Origin: Takakia lepidozioides
Lineage: Eukaryota; Plantae; Bryophyta
Length of the DNA stretch: 64,000 nucleotides
Direction of reading: 5' to 3'
Assembly: GCA_030704615.1 (NCBI GenBank)
Contig: CM060734.1
Location: 52,452,001 to 52,516,000, forward strand
The notes below the pieces were generated by a model, which was not told the DNA's origin, searched no databases, and saw only the letters and a list, made by a program, of their open reading frames with translations. This document shows, piece by piece, positions 63,701-64,000 of this stretch; positions within the stretch are counted from its first letter, which is position 1, and every line of letters starts with the position of its first letter. The position numbers and the translations under genes are program-made.

Positions 63701-64000
63701 AGTTTTTGATACCAAGCTGGAGACTGGATAACGCTGAAAGAGCAAATAGAAAGTGCCGTAGGTGCCAGCTGTCTGTACGTGGAGGTAGAGGTGCAAGCAA
63801 AAACTACGAACATCATGGCTTGTCCTGAATTGCCAATGAACATCATGGAGAACTCTACTGCTTGAGTAGAATGCAGTGGCTTGCATGGGTTCATGGATGT
63901 CTGTTCTTCATGCTATACAGAATGTAAAATTACTATGGCTTCCAAAAACTGCTGTTTCTAAATCTCTTACTCTTTTCTGACAGGTCCTGAGGAAAGCGGC
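48709..64000 (+). CDS. URB1: Nucleolar pre-ribosomal-associated protein 1 (URB1/Npa1), multi-exon, 3' end beyond window
   Basis: Phase-compatible GT-AG exons about 49561-49897, 52839-53110, 53520-54071, 54369-55236, 55628-56168, 56676-56830, 57303-60723, 61043-61299, 62135-62368, 62634-62837, 63483-63686, 63984-end; motifs FDFTLKAL, FIEFALSFL, AYGATM..VD, YDPAYILP, VPLF...ERLWMLRLL. First exon(s) uncertain. Confidence 0.88.
50096..52790 (-). mobile_element. Decayed, 5'-truncated LINE in a URB1 intron, antisense
   Basis: RT remnants YACFVDF, GVKHGCPL, LQVNLNKTKIMV; C-terminal LRIETSRW...CLAC...HCPLY; boundaries approximate. Confidence 0.8.

Overview
Eukaryotic nuclear DNA from a land plant, inferred to be non-flowering (DYW-PPR editing factor, GT-AG introns, Tcn1-like and PHD-bearing Ty3/gypsy elements). 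Host genes: the 3' end of a PPR-DYW editing factor (3-707, +); a five-exon gene reconstructed here (7545-2591, -) encoding signal peptide, canonical EF-hand, STIM-type SAM, FN3, TM and a FYVE-like Zn finger, i.e. a STIM-like Ca2+-sensor architecture; and a long URB1/Npa1 ribosome-biogenesis gene (about 48.7 kb to the end, +) with an intronic LINE. Between them is a 40-kb nested transposon block. It holds two decayed copies of a Ty3/gypsy family with a complete C5 DNA-methyltransferase domain between protease and RT (plus an integrase PHD finger in the copy that keeps that end), a long-TIR DNA element next to a deletion, a Helitron-like Rep followed by pseudo-exons from four unrelated host genes, a long hairpin, a self-priming chromovirus and an intron-containing Crypton-like tyrosine recombinase. 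The strongest novelty candidates are the DNMT+PHD retrotransposon and the STIM-like gene. All homology calls are by eye from remembered motifs; no searches were run.
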